Positions 44,176-52,656 of a stretch of 52,705 nucleotides of DNA are shown piece by piece. The stretch spans positions 1 through 52,705 of the forward strand of contig CAZKWY010000003.1 of the NCBI GenBank assembly GCA_964556655.1, written 5' to 3'. The notes under the pieces were generated by a model that did no database searches, was not told the DNA's origin, and saw only the letters and a program-made list of their open reading frames with translations. This DNA is from an uncultured Candidatus Saccharibacteria bacterium (lineage in GTDB: Bacteria; Patescibacteriota; Minisyncoccia; Portnoybacterales; UBA2143). The position numbers and the translations under genes were made by a program. Every line of letters starts with the position of its first letter. The stretch's first letter is position 1.

Positions 44176-45102
44176 TTAATAATTACTGACTGCTTTCTTG
44201 TAATCGGCCACGATCCTTTTTAAAACTTCTTCTATTTTTATCCCTGCCGGACAAAAATTAGTACAACGAACGCATCCTACGCACTGCGCCTTGCCATATT
44301 CCTTATAGGCACGAACAAATTTATGATAATACCAGTTATAGTAACGTTCTTTAATGGTTTTGTGGAAATTATGGCCGCCAGAAATCTTAGCAAAGTCAGG
44401 CAAGGTACAAGCATCCCAATAGCGGCAACGAGAACACTCCTTATCATCTATGCGAACTCTATCCTCGAAAGAAAAACAATGACACAGCGGACAAACATAG
44501 GTACAATTACCACATCCAAGACATTTTTCTGCCAGCTCGTCCCATATTTTATGTTCGGCCCTCCAAGACCAAGCTACCGCCTCTGCCAGCAACTCAGCAT
44601 CTAAAAGCATTTTCCTTAGCTCGCTTAACTGGGAATAGTTTCCTTTTGCTTTTTTAGGCGCCGATTTCCTAAAAAACTTTCCCTTGGCAATTTCCTTTCC
44701 TTTTTTGGTTAAAACCATAGCTTCATATTCCTGAGCGCTAATTTTTTTAAAGACGACGTCGCCTCCCGGCGCTATTTTGAAATCATCATCAGTCAGACCT
44801 ATGAGAAGAGATTGGTTTCTTCTTCGCCAATAATAGAAATCCTGCTGAGGTTTTTTCATAATTTCATCCAATTGAGTCATCGCCTCAAGATCAACAAGAT
44901 TCAAGCCAAAAACAGCAATCTTTTCTTGGTGCTCGGGAACTTTTAATCGACCGCCTTTTTTGTCAAAAACAAAAGTTTTTTCTTTGGGCGGAAAAAAATA
45001 TTGTTTTGGCGGCATATATGTTTCTCTAGCGTCTATTACTCTATATTTCTTGCCCAACTCGTTAAGCCAATCTTTAATTTTGCTTTCTTTAATAACTAAC
45101 AT
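44176..45102 (-). CDS. Hydrogenase beta subunit (4Fe-4S dicluster)
   Basis: CLGCGNCTYVCP.C.C, R.WD.C, HKF, CVGCVRC...CP. Confidence 0.92.
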   Translation of the reverse strand: MLVIKESKIKDWLNELGKKYRVIDARETYMPPKQYFFPPKEKTFVFDKKGGRLKVPEHQEKIAVFGLNLVDLEAMTQLDEIMKKPQQDFYYWRRRNQSLLIGLTDDDFKIAPGGDVVFKKISAQEYEAMVLTKKGKEIAKGKFFRKSAPKKAKGNYSQLSELRKMLLDAELLAEAVAWSWRAEHKIWDELAEKCLGCGNCTYVCPLCHCFSFEDRVRIDDKECSRCRYWDACTLPDFAKISGGHNFHKTIKERYYNWYYHKFVRAYKEYGKAQCVGCVRCTNFCPAGIKIEEVLKRIVADYKKAVSNY

Positions 45103-45134
45103 TATTTTTATTATATCACACAACCCCTAAAAAC

Positions 45135-45168
45135 AAAAAAACCTGGCCGGATTGCTGTCCGACCAGGC
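45135..45168 (-). terminator. Intrinsic terminator
   Basis: CCTGG.CGGA...TCCG.CCAGG hairpin with a T run on the minus strand. Confidence 0.65.
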
Positions 45169-45174
45169 GTTTGT

Positions 45175-45687
45175 TTAGGCATGTTCCCTCCTTTTTTTGG
45201 CATTAACATAGTTGCCGTACAAAACGATCTTTCTAACCCGCCTATTCTTTTTAGAATCAAGGAAACAAACATTATCCTTTATTACCACGATACCTGCTCT
45301 AACCATCTCTTCAAAAAGAACAAAGCGAACATCCTCTTCTCTAATTTCTAATCTAACTATTCTCCTAACAAGCTCATCCGCATTTATTTTTTTCACGCCA
45401 AGAACTCTAACAATAGAAAGAGCGATTAGATGGACCAAATGATGGCATTCTCCGCAGAGAAGATGAATTGCTTCGGGACAGAGATAAGAGATACCGCGAT
45501 GTCCAGAAAAATCCCAATGATGTTTGAAAAAAGTTTCTGGATCTCCTCTTGCGCCACAAGAGGGCAAACAGCAGCATGACCTGCCATAATCCAAAGCAGA
45601 AAAAATTTTTACTTGCGCCGAAGTCAGCCCGCGAGTGCGGCGCTTTCTGATAGAAGTCCTTCTGGCAGCTCTGTTTTTTAAACTCAT
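45175..45687 (-). CDS. Hypothetical protein with a degenerate HNH-like zinc motif
   Basis: C....CG, HH, LLCGECH..VH; strong AAGGAGG RBS. Confidence 0.55.
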   Translation of the reverse strand: MSLKNRAARRTSIRKRRTRGLTSAQVKIFSALDYGRSCCCLPSCGARGDPETFFKHHWDFSGHRGISYLCPEAIHLLCGECHHLVHLIALSIVRVLGVKKINADELVRRIVRLEIREEDVRFVLFEEMVRAGIVVIKDNVCFLDSKKNRRVRKIVLYGNYVNAKKRREHA

Positions 45688-45748
45688 AGCAGCCTCCTTT
45701 TGCTATGTTAAAACTGAATAAATTAGGAAAGAACTTTAAAGTCCGAGA

Positions 45749-46447
45749 TTAAAGCGAAAGCTTTTCCTCAATAGCTCTTTTAAATTTTTCGTATGGCTGA
45801 TTGCCAACAAGTTTTTCTTCTCCAACAAAGAAAGTTGGCGTACCCGAAACTCCATTTTCATCGGCTTGGACATACCAGCTTTGCGCTAGTGACTGATAGG
45901 CGCTGTCCTCAAGACAAGCGCTAAACCTATCCTGGTTCAAACCAATTTTTTGAGCAATGCCTTTCAAGTCCTCAACAGCGCGAATCTCGCTGGCATGATC
46001 AAAAAGATATTGGTTGTAAGAAACATAGCCACCCTGCTCTTGAGCGCACAGAATAGAGACAGAAACCGTTACAGGAGATAAAAATCTGCTAATTAACTTT
46101 ACTTTGCCAGTTTTAATATAATCTTCTATCAATAAAGGACGTGTTTCTTCGTGAAAAGAAACACAATGACCGCAAAAATGGCTGGAATATTCTATTATCG
46201 TCACTGGAGCCTCTTCGTATCCTAAAACAAACTCTCCTTTGTCGTTGATATAGTTCGGTAAATCTTGGTAAGAAGGAATTTCCTGGTTATTATTTTCTTG
46301 ATTTTGCTCTTCTTTTTGCCCTGTTTGCGATCCTTCCAGCACAGAAGCAGATTGATCATCACTGCTGTTGTTATTAGAGTTGTCATACCAAACAAGCAGA
46401 CCAAAACCAGTTAAAATTAATGCTAATAAAATTACTTTTTTTACCAT
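45749..46447 (-). CDS. DsbA family thiol-disulfide oxidoreductase
   Basis: LG...APVTIIEYS...CGHC, GV.GTPTF, G.QP. Confidence 0.92.
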   Translation of the reverse strand: MVKKVILLALILTGFGLLVWYDNSNNNSSDDQSASVLEGSQTGQKEEQNQENNNQEIPSYQDLPNYINDKGEFVLGYEEAPVTIIEYSSHFCGHCVSFHEETRPLLIEDYIKTGKVKLISRFLSPVTVSVSILCAQEQGGYVSYNQYLFDHASEIRAVEDLKGIAQKIGLNQDRFSACLEDSAYQSLAQSWYVQADENGVSGTPTFFVGEEKLVGNQPYEKFKRAIEEKLSL

Positions 46448-46468
46448 GTTTTTAATATATCACTAAAA

Positions 46469-47761
46469 TTAAGCTAAGGCAAATTTTTTAGCTTCTTTTA
46501 AAATTCTCCCTACTCCCGTTTTTTTTATTTTTCTTTTCTCCATAATAATTTTTCCGTCAACAATAACTGTCTCTACATCGCTCCCCTTGGCAGAATAGAC
46601 CAAGTGAGAAACCGCATGATGCAAAGGCAAGAGATGGGCCTTCTCAAAAGAAAGAATAATAATATCAGCTTTTTTGCCCGGCTCTAAAGAGCCCAGCTCT
46701 TTTTCCTTTCCTAAGGCTCTGGCACCGTTAATTGTCGCCATATCTAACGCTGTCTGAGCTATCGCCACAGTCGGATCAGACCAATGGCTTTTATGGATTA
46801 GAGCGGCTATTTTCATTTCTTCAAACATATCCAAATTATTATTAGAGCAAGAACCGTCTGTGCCTAAGCTAATATTAACGCCTTTCTTTTGCATCGCAGG
46901 CAAAGGCATGGTGCCGGAAGCTAGCTTCATATTAGAAGCTGGACAATGGCTAACTGAAGCGCCTGATCGGGCTAAAAGGCTAATTTCTTTTTTGCTCGGC
47001 CAGCAGACATGAGCCAAAATAGTCTTCGGCGTCAAAATGCCATTTTCAAACATCACTTCTAGCGGCCTTTTCTGGTATTTTTTAAAGCAAAAGGAGATTT
47101 CTTCCTTGGTCTCTAAAAGATGAGTGGTCAACAGCCATCCTTTTTTGTCAGCCATTTGCCGGCATCTTTTGTAAGTCCTCAAAGAAGTCGTCTGCATCAT
47201 ATGGGGCGCTATCGCCCCTTCCACCAAGGACTGTCCTTCTAGGACAGTCCTTGAAGGACAGTCCTTGAGAGCTTGGGAAGAATTTTTAAAGGCAAAGGTG
47301 GGCATATCCAAAACACCGCTTCCTAAAATTCCCCGCAAGCCCATCTTTTTGGCCGCTTTTGCCACTTCGTCCTCGAAATAGTAGAAATCAACAAAGCAGG
47401 TAGTGCCCGACTCAATCATTTCCACCATAGACAACAAAGAGCCCCAAAGGACTTCTTTCCGGCTAAACCTCGACTCAGCAGGATGGATTTTATTAAACCA
47501 CCATTTTTGCAGATCCATATCATCAGCGTAGCCACGCAGAAGAGACATGGCTAAATGAGTATGGGTATTAATCAGGCCAGGCATTACTAAGCACTCTTTT
47601 GCGTCAAAAATCTTTTTGGCTTTTTGGCCAAATTCTTTTTCCACCGTTTTAGTCGTCCCTACTGCCTTAATTAAATCTCCTTCAATAACAAGAGCGCCTC
47701 TTTCAATAAGACGCCGTTTTCTATCTTGGGTTATTAAAATGGCGTTCTTGATTAAAATCAT
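46469..47761 (-). CDS. Amidohydrolase, MTA/SAH deaminase (MtaD)-like
   Basis: PGLINTHTH, APH, H..ET, HCP.SNMKLASG, LGTDG..SNN. Confidence 0.88.
   Translation of the reverse strand: MILIKNAILITQDRKRRLIERGALVIEGDLIKAVGTTKTVEKEFGQKAKKIFDAKECLVMPGLINTHTHLAMSLLRGYADDMDLQKWWFNKIHPAESRFSRKEVLWGSLLSMVEMIESGTTCFVDFYYFEDEVAKAAKKMGLRGILGSGVLDMPTFAFKNSSQALKDCPSRTVLEGQSLVEGAIAPHMMQTTSLRTYKRCRQMADKKGWLLTTHLLETKEEISFCFKKYQKRPLEVMFENGILTPKTILAHVCWPSKKEISLLARSGASVSHCPASNMKLASGTMPLPAMQKKGVNISLGTDGSCSNNNLDMFEEMKIAALIHKSHWSDPTVAIAQTALDMATINGARALGKEKELGSLEPGKKADIIILSFEKAHLLPLHHAVSHLVYSAKGSDVETVIVDGKIIMEKRKIKKTGVGRILKEAKKFALA
47225..47267. repeat. Triplet copy of the GACWGTC palindromic repeat inside a CDS
   Basis: Cores at 47229, 47243, 47257; translated as KDCPSRTVLEGQSL. 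Confidence 0.85.
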
Positions 47762-48639
47762 CCTATGGTCAAACTTCTTTTTTGTCCCTCCCCCCTGTTG
47801 TATCCTCCAAGACTTCCGTTAGAACAAACGACCCGATGGCAAGGGATGTTAGGGCAGTAATTTTTACCAAGCGCCTGGCCAACCGCCCGAAAGGCGCGAG
47901 GAGAGCCTGCAATCCGCGCCACTTGGTGATAAGTCATTGCTTGTCCCCGAGGAATTTTCTTTACAATATAGTAAATTTTTTCTTGAAAAGACAAACAATT
48001 AAAAACCGGCTGAAAGCTTTGCCGATGCGCAGGGCAAGGGCCAATTTCTTGAAGTTTTTTTAAATGGGAATAAGTTCCATATCCTTTATGCGAAGAAAAA
48101 CCATAACCCGGATATTTTTTATCCAACCTTTCCATCAAGCGATCGCGGCTAACCTTAGCCAAAATAGAAGCTAAAGAAAGCAAAAATAATTTTTGATCGC
48201 CTTTCACTACCGCCTCTTGAGGAAGAGCTAGACGAGAAAGAGACGCCCTGCCATCTAAAAACAAAAAACCTGGACAAATATCCAGCTTTTTTAAACATCG
48301 CCACCAAGCTAGCTTGGTGGCCTGGCCAATGTTAATTTTATCAATAACAGAAGACCCAACAGAACTAACCCGCCACTTTATTTGCGGAATATCTTTGATT
48401 GCTTCAAAAATCTCTTCTCTTTGCTTAGCTGAAAGATGCTTTGAATCTCTAAACCCGTTCTCCAAGAAAAGTAATTTCTGAAATAATTTAACCACTGAAG
48501 CATCAATTTGAGCCGAGCCTTTTATCGCCGCTATTGCGGCCGTTACCGGTCCGGCCAGAGGTCCGCGCCCTGCTTCATCAATGCCAGCCGCCACTTGACA
48601 ACCTTGTCTAAATGCTTTTCTTTCCCAAACAGAAAACAT
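47758..48639 (-). CDS. rnhB: Ribonuclease HII fused to an O6-alkylguanine-DNA alkyltransferase C-terminal domain
   Basis: GIDEAGRGPLAGPV, DSK.L, KGD, KGYGT; then IP.G...TY..VA...G.P.A.RAVG.A and PCHRVV. Confidence 0.9.
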   Translation of the reverse strand: MFSVWERKAFRQGCQVAAGIDEAGRGPLAGPVTAAIAAIKGSAQIDASVVKLFQKLLFLENGFRDSKHLSAKQREEIFEAIKDIPQIKWRVSSVGSSVIDKINIGQATKLAWWRCLKKLDICPGFLFLDGRASLSRLALPQEAVVKGDQKLFLLSLASILAKVSRDRLMERLDKKYPGYGFSSHKGYGTYSHLKKLQEIGPCPAHRQSFQPVFNCLSFQEKIYYIVKKIPRGQAMTYHQVARIAGSPRAFRAVGQALGKNYCPNIPCHRVVCSNGSLGGYNRGEGQKRSLTIG

Positions 48640-48653
48640 CCCCGCCTTTACAC

Positions 48654-48700
48654 CCCAAGGACTGTCATTTTAGGACAGTCCTAAAATGACAGTCCTTGGG
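48654..48700. repeat. Triplet copy of the GACWGTC repeat; 47-nt palindrome
   Basis: Perfect 23-bp arms around A48677; cores at 48660, 48674, 48688. Confidence 0.9.
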
Positions 48701-48706
48701 AAAGAG

Positions 48707-49666
48707 TTATTTAACTAAGTTAGGAGGCGTTTCTCCTCCTAGAGCAGCAATGACGTTGCTAGCTGCCATTTCCGCCATTTTATTACGCGTATCTTTGGTA
48801 GCCGAAGCAATATGCGGCGTTAAAACAACGTTTTTTAAATCCGCTAAACCAGGCGAAAGCTCGGGTTCGTTTTCAAAAACATCTAAAGCGGCGCCGGCAA
48901 TCTTTTTCTCTTTAAGCGCCTCTATTAAAGATTTTTCATCAATTACCGGCCCGCGAGAAGTATTAATTAAATAGGCGCCCGGCTTCATCATCTCTATCTT
49001 TTCTTTGCTAATTAAATGCTTCGTTTCATCGGTCAAAGCTGTATGCAAGGTGACAAAATCAGACTCTTTTAATAAGTCTTCTAGCTTCATATACTTAGCT
49101 CCTAGTTTTTCTTCCATTTCTTCGTTTTTTTCAATGTCATGATAAAGAATTTCCATGCCAAAGCCATTTTTCATTCTTTCTGCCACCGCTAAACCAATTC
49201 TGCCGAAACCAACCACTCCCAGTTTTTTGCCGGTAACATCAGCGCCTAAAAACAGTTCTGGCCCCCATGCCTTGTATTCTCCCGCTCTTGTATATTGGTC
49301 TGCCTCCAAAATCCTTTGCGCCACGGAAAAAAGCAAACCCACGGCATGATCCGCCACAGCATCAGTTAAGACCCCCGGCGTATTGGTTACCATGATTTCT
49401 CTTTTCTTAGCTTCTTCTACATCAATATTATTGTAACCGACCGCGTAATTAGCAATAATTTTTAATTGCTCTCCAGCCGCATCCATTATCTCGCCGTCTA
49501 TCTTTTCTGTTAAAACTGATAAAATAGCATCCGCCCCTTTAGATTTTTCCAAAAGTTCTTCTCGAGAAATCTTTCCTTCCGGCCCCACGTCAACTTCAAA
49601 ACCTTTTTCTTTTAATAAATTAATTCCCTTTTCGGGAATTTTACGAGTGATAAATACCTTGGCCAT
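48707..49666 (-). CDS. D-glycerate dehydrogenase/glyoxylate reductase (D-2-hydroxyacid dehydrogenase)
   Basis: AVGYNNID, NTPGVL, G.GRIG, INTSRG, LDVFE.EP, PHIASAT. Confidence 0.92.
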   Translation of the reverse strand: MAKVFITRKIPEKGINLLKEKGFEVDVGPEGKISREELLEKSKGADAILSVLTEKIDGEIMDAAGEQLKIIANYAVGYNNIDVEEAKKREIMVTNTPGVLTDAVADHAVGLLFSVAQRILEADQYTRAGEYKAWGPELFLGADVTGKKLGVVGFGRIGLAVAERMKNGFGMEILYHDIEKNEEMEEKLGAKYMKLEDLLKESDFVTLHTALTDETKHLISKEKIEMMKPGAYLINTSRGPVIDEKSLIEALKEKKIAGAALDVFENEPELSPGLADLKNVVLTPHIASATKDTRNKMAEMAASNVIAALGGETPPNLVK

Positions 49667-49786
49667 ATTAACCCCTTTCTTAATTATTTTTTAACCTTCC
49701 TCCTTCGCGCCTGCATTTTAACATAAAACGATAAAAAAATGAAAAATAACAAACTAGCAAAAGAATGTTAACTTTTTTATCAGAAA

Positions 49787-51376
49787 TCATCTCTCCGCTA
49801 GCGGCAGTTTAACCCAAAATTCGCTTCCTTTGCCTTCGCCCTTGCTTTCTACGCCGATCTCTCCGCGATGAGCCTCTACAATAAGGCGAGCCACATAAAG
49901 ACCGAGACCGATCCCCTCTGTCCAGATGCGAGAAACCTTCTTGCCTCTGATAAATTTTTCAAAAAGATGGCTTTTTTCTTCTTTAGAAACACCAATGCCG
50001 GTATCTTTGACTGAAAAAATAAGATGGCCATCAGTTCTTCTTAAATAAATATCCACTCTTCCTTCTCTGGTATATTTTATTCCGTTATCAATCAAATTGA
50101 TAATAACCTGGCGAAGTTTTTCTTCGTCAGCATTAACTATCAGACTGTCTTTTTTGGGTTCATGGTAAATAAGTTCCAGTCCTTTTTTATTAGCCGAAGG
50201 ATCGTATTCCTCTACCGCCTCTTTGACAATCTCGCTGACAGAAATATGCTCAAATTCAAACTTCATTCTTCCTCCTTCCATATGGGACAAATCTAACAAA
50301 TGGTCTACTAGCTTAATCAATCTTTCGTTGCTTTTAAGGGTTTTCTCTAACTTGTCTTCTATTTTATTAGACGTTTTGCCGTAAAAGCCCTCTAAGATCA
50401 TAGAAAGATAACCCTTGATTATCGAAAGCGGAGTTCTCAATTGATGAGAAGCAATGGAAATAAACTCTGATTTGGCTTTATCTAGTTTTTTTAATTCAAT
50501 GTTGGCCTTTTTCAAGCTCTTCGTAATCTGCGCTAGTTTTTCCTTAGAACGAATTTCGCTGAGAACGCTTTTAATAAGAAGAATGCTGAAAATAACTACA
50601 CCTATAAAAAGAGCGAATTTAAGAATGCCTTCTGATAAGCCTTCTGACAACAAGGCGTCGATAAAAAAAATTATTGCTATTAATGAGCTGAAAACCTCTG
50701 TAGCGATTACCTTAATATTAAAAAGGCTATGTCTAAATATCGCATAAGCCACAAAAATAGACATTATTAAAATAAATACAGGCGAAAAGAAATATACAGT
50801 GTAAGTCTTAAAAATCGGCAATAGCAACGCGCTTACAAATGCTAAAACCGATGACAGCAAAGAGCCATAAAATATAAACTGAATTTGTCTTTTTCTAATT
50901 CTAATATTTTTGAAAAAACGGATCTTGCTTATAAGAACCATGTAACCAGCAACAAAATAAATAATTAAATATGCTGTGTAAATATAATAAAGAGGACCAA
51001 ATACAAAAGGAATTTTACTATTTTCAATCATCAGATTAGGTCTAGAAACAATCAGAATGATTAAAATTGTCGGCACTACAGATAATAGCGGTATTTCATA
51101 TTTGCTGATTTTCTTTTGAGTTAAAAATAATCTAGTAAAAATAAGATATAAATAAGGCAAGAAAAGAGCGATAACGTAAGTAACGATAGCCCAAAAAAAT
51201 ATTCTTTCGTTAGTCTCGCTATAAAAAATATCGGCCAATATCCATAGCAAAATAGCAACATTCAAAAATATAAAAATTTTATCGGATAACTCCTTCTCTG
51301 ACTTGAACAGTATGAGAACGATAATAAACGAAGCTATGAGAGCAGCAAAAGGTAAAGCGATCAAAAAAATGCCCAT
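49787..51376 (-). CDS. Multi-TM sensor histidine kinase
   Basis: About 9 TMs; SHQLRTPL H-box, NLIDNGIKY, DTGIG, GLGLY. Confidence 0.93.
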   Translation of the reverse strand: MGIFLIALPFAALIASFIIVLILFKSEKELSDKIFIFLNVAILLWILADIFYSETNERIFFWAIVTYVIALFLPYLYLIFTRLFLTQKKISKYEIPLLSVVPTILIILIVSRPNLMIENSKIPFVFGPLYYIYTAYLIIYFVAGYMVLISKIRFFKNIRIRKRQIQFIFYGSLLSSVLAFVSALLLPIFKTYTVYFFSPVFILIMSIFVAYAIFRHSLFNIKVIATEVFSSLIAIIFFIDALLSEGLSEGILKFALFIGVVIFSILLIKSVLSEIRSKEKLAQITKSLKKANIELKKLDKAKSEFISIASHQLRTPLSIIKGYLSMILEGFYGKTSNKIEDKLEKTLKSNERLIKLVDHLLDLSHMEGGRMKFEFEHISVSEIVKEAVEEYDPSANKKGLELIYHEPKKDSLIVNADEEKLRQVIINLIDNGIKYTREGRVDIYLRRTDGHLIFSVKDTGIGVSKEEKSHLFEKFIRGKKVSRIWTEGIGLGLYVARLIVEAHRGEIGVESKGEGKGSEFWVKLPLAER

Positions 51377-51383
51377 ATTTAAA

Positions 51384-52163
51384 TCAATATTTTATAAATC
51401 CTAGTTTTATTTTTATGTCTTGGCACAAACAAGCAATTACAAAAAAAATATAGAATAAAAAATAATTTTTCTTAACCCATTGCTTAAATGAAGTTTCCAG
51501 CTGAATGGGATCTCTTATTTTTTTATTATTTTCTCTCAAGAAACTAAGGTATAGATTTCCCATCCTCAGCAATACCTTAGTGGCAGTTCTGGGTTTTTTA
51601 GCCAAAATATCATCAATATGACTAAGCGGTCCTTTGTCTTCTATGATATGGGAATCATCTAAATTTAGCATGGCGTCTCTAATTCCGTCCCACTCTACTA
51701 ACCTGCTTTGAGGATTAAAAATGCTCGTCTTTATGGAAAGGTCTATATCGTCCGAAGCATCGCATTTTATCCATTTATTTCTCAGATAAACATAGTTATA
51801 AATATGTACTGATTTTTTACTAATCCTTTTTTTTAGAAAAGACGGCACAATAGGCCCAAAATATTCTCTGCCCATAACCCTTAAAACTCCAAAGCCCGCT
51901 GGAATACCGCAGCCTCTTAATAGAGCAATTAACAGAACTGCTTTATTGGTGCACATCCCAGCTCCGGCCTCTAAAACCTCCGAAGCTTTTTTTTGCCAAG
52001 AACCAAACCTATAAGGAATGCTATCTCTAACATATTCAAATAAAGAGACGGCCAGTTCTCTTTCGTTAAGGTTTTTCGCTTTAAACTTCTTAATAACTTT
52101 CTGCAAATTAGAAGCGCTGAAATCGCAATAGTAATCCTCTTTAAGAAAATCTTTTAAATCCAT
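51384..52163 (-). CDS. Transglutaminase-like protein
   Basis: G.C..KA.LL.ALLR..GIPA, H, W...DA triad. Confidence 0.88.
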   Translation of the reverse strand: MDLKDFLKEDYYCDFSASNLQKVIKKFKAKNLNERELAVSLFEYVRDSIPYRFGSWQKKASEVLEAGAGMCTNKAVLLIALLRGCGIPAGFGVLRVMGREYFGPIVPSFLKKRISKKSVHIYNYVYLRNKWIKCDASDDIDLSIKTSIFNPQSRLVEWDGIRDAMLNLDDSHIIEDKGPLSHIDDILAKKPRTATKVLLRMGNLYLSFLRENNKKIRDPIQLETSFKQWVKKNYFLFYIFFVIACLCQDIKIKLGFIKY

Positions 52164-52580
52164 ACTATTATTGTTAAAACAAACTTCCCCCTAAACTATC
52201 CTTAAAGCTTATTATAAAACGAAAAAAAAATTAAGACAATGGGATAAAGAATAAAAAATATAATTAAGAATATGTCAAAAGCAATTGTCTGTCTGGCTTT
52301 TAAGGAAAGATCTTCTAGTCTCTTAATAATAACCATCCAAGAAAACACCCCCCCTGCAAATAAAGATTCGGATTCTCTCACTCCTCACCTTGGAACTATG
52401 GGCTACAAAAGAAAATCCTCCTAGCGTAATCTATGACTGGTATCAACGCCGAGGATATCAAGCAGTCCATAAATATCCGGCTCAAGACGGAAGAATGATT
52501 CTAGGCGGGAAAATAAGTTCGGTTCTTGATAATTTTTAAATAATTTGTTAATTTCTAGAAAGCTCCTTAGCCCCCCTTGA

Positions 52581-52656
52581 GGAGGTGTAGCTCAGAGGCT
52601 AGAGTGCCGGATTGTGGCTCCGAACGTCGAGGGTTCGAATCCCTTCGCTCCCGCCA
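52581..52656 (+). tRNA. tRNA-His(GTG), atypical acceptor end
   Basis: D arm GCTC/GAGT, anticodon loop TTGTGGC, T arm GAGGG-TTCGAAT-CCCTT, encoded CCA. Confidence 0.85.

Noticed and set aside
1704-50747. Many short antisense or nested ORFs in the track
   Set aside because: They are shadows of well-supported genes and have no motifs of their own
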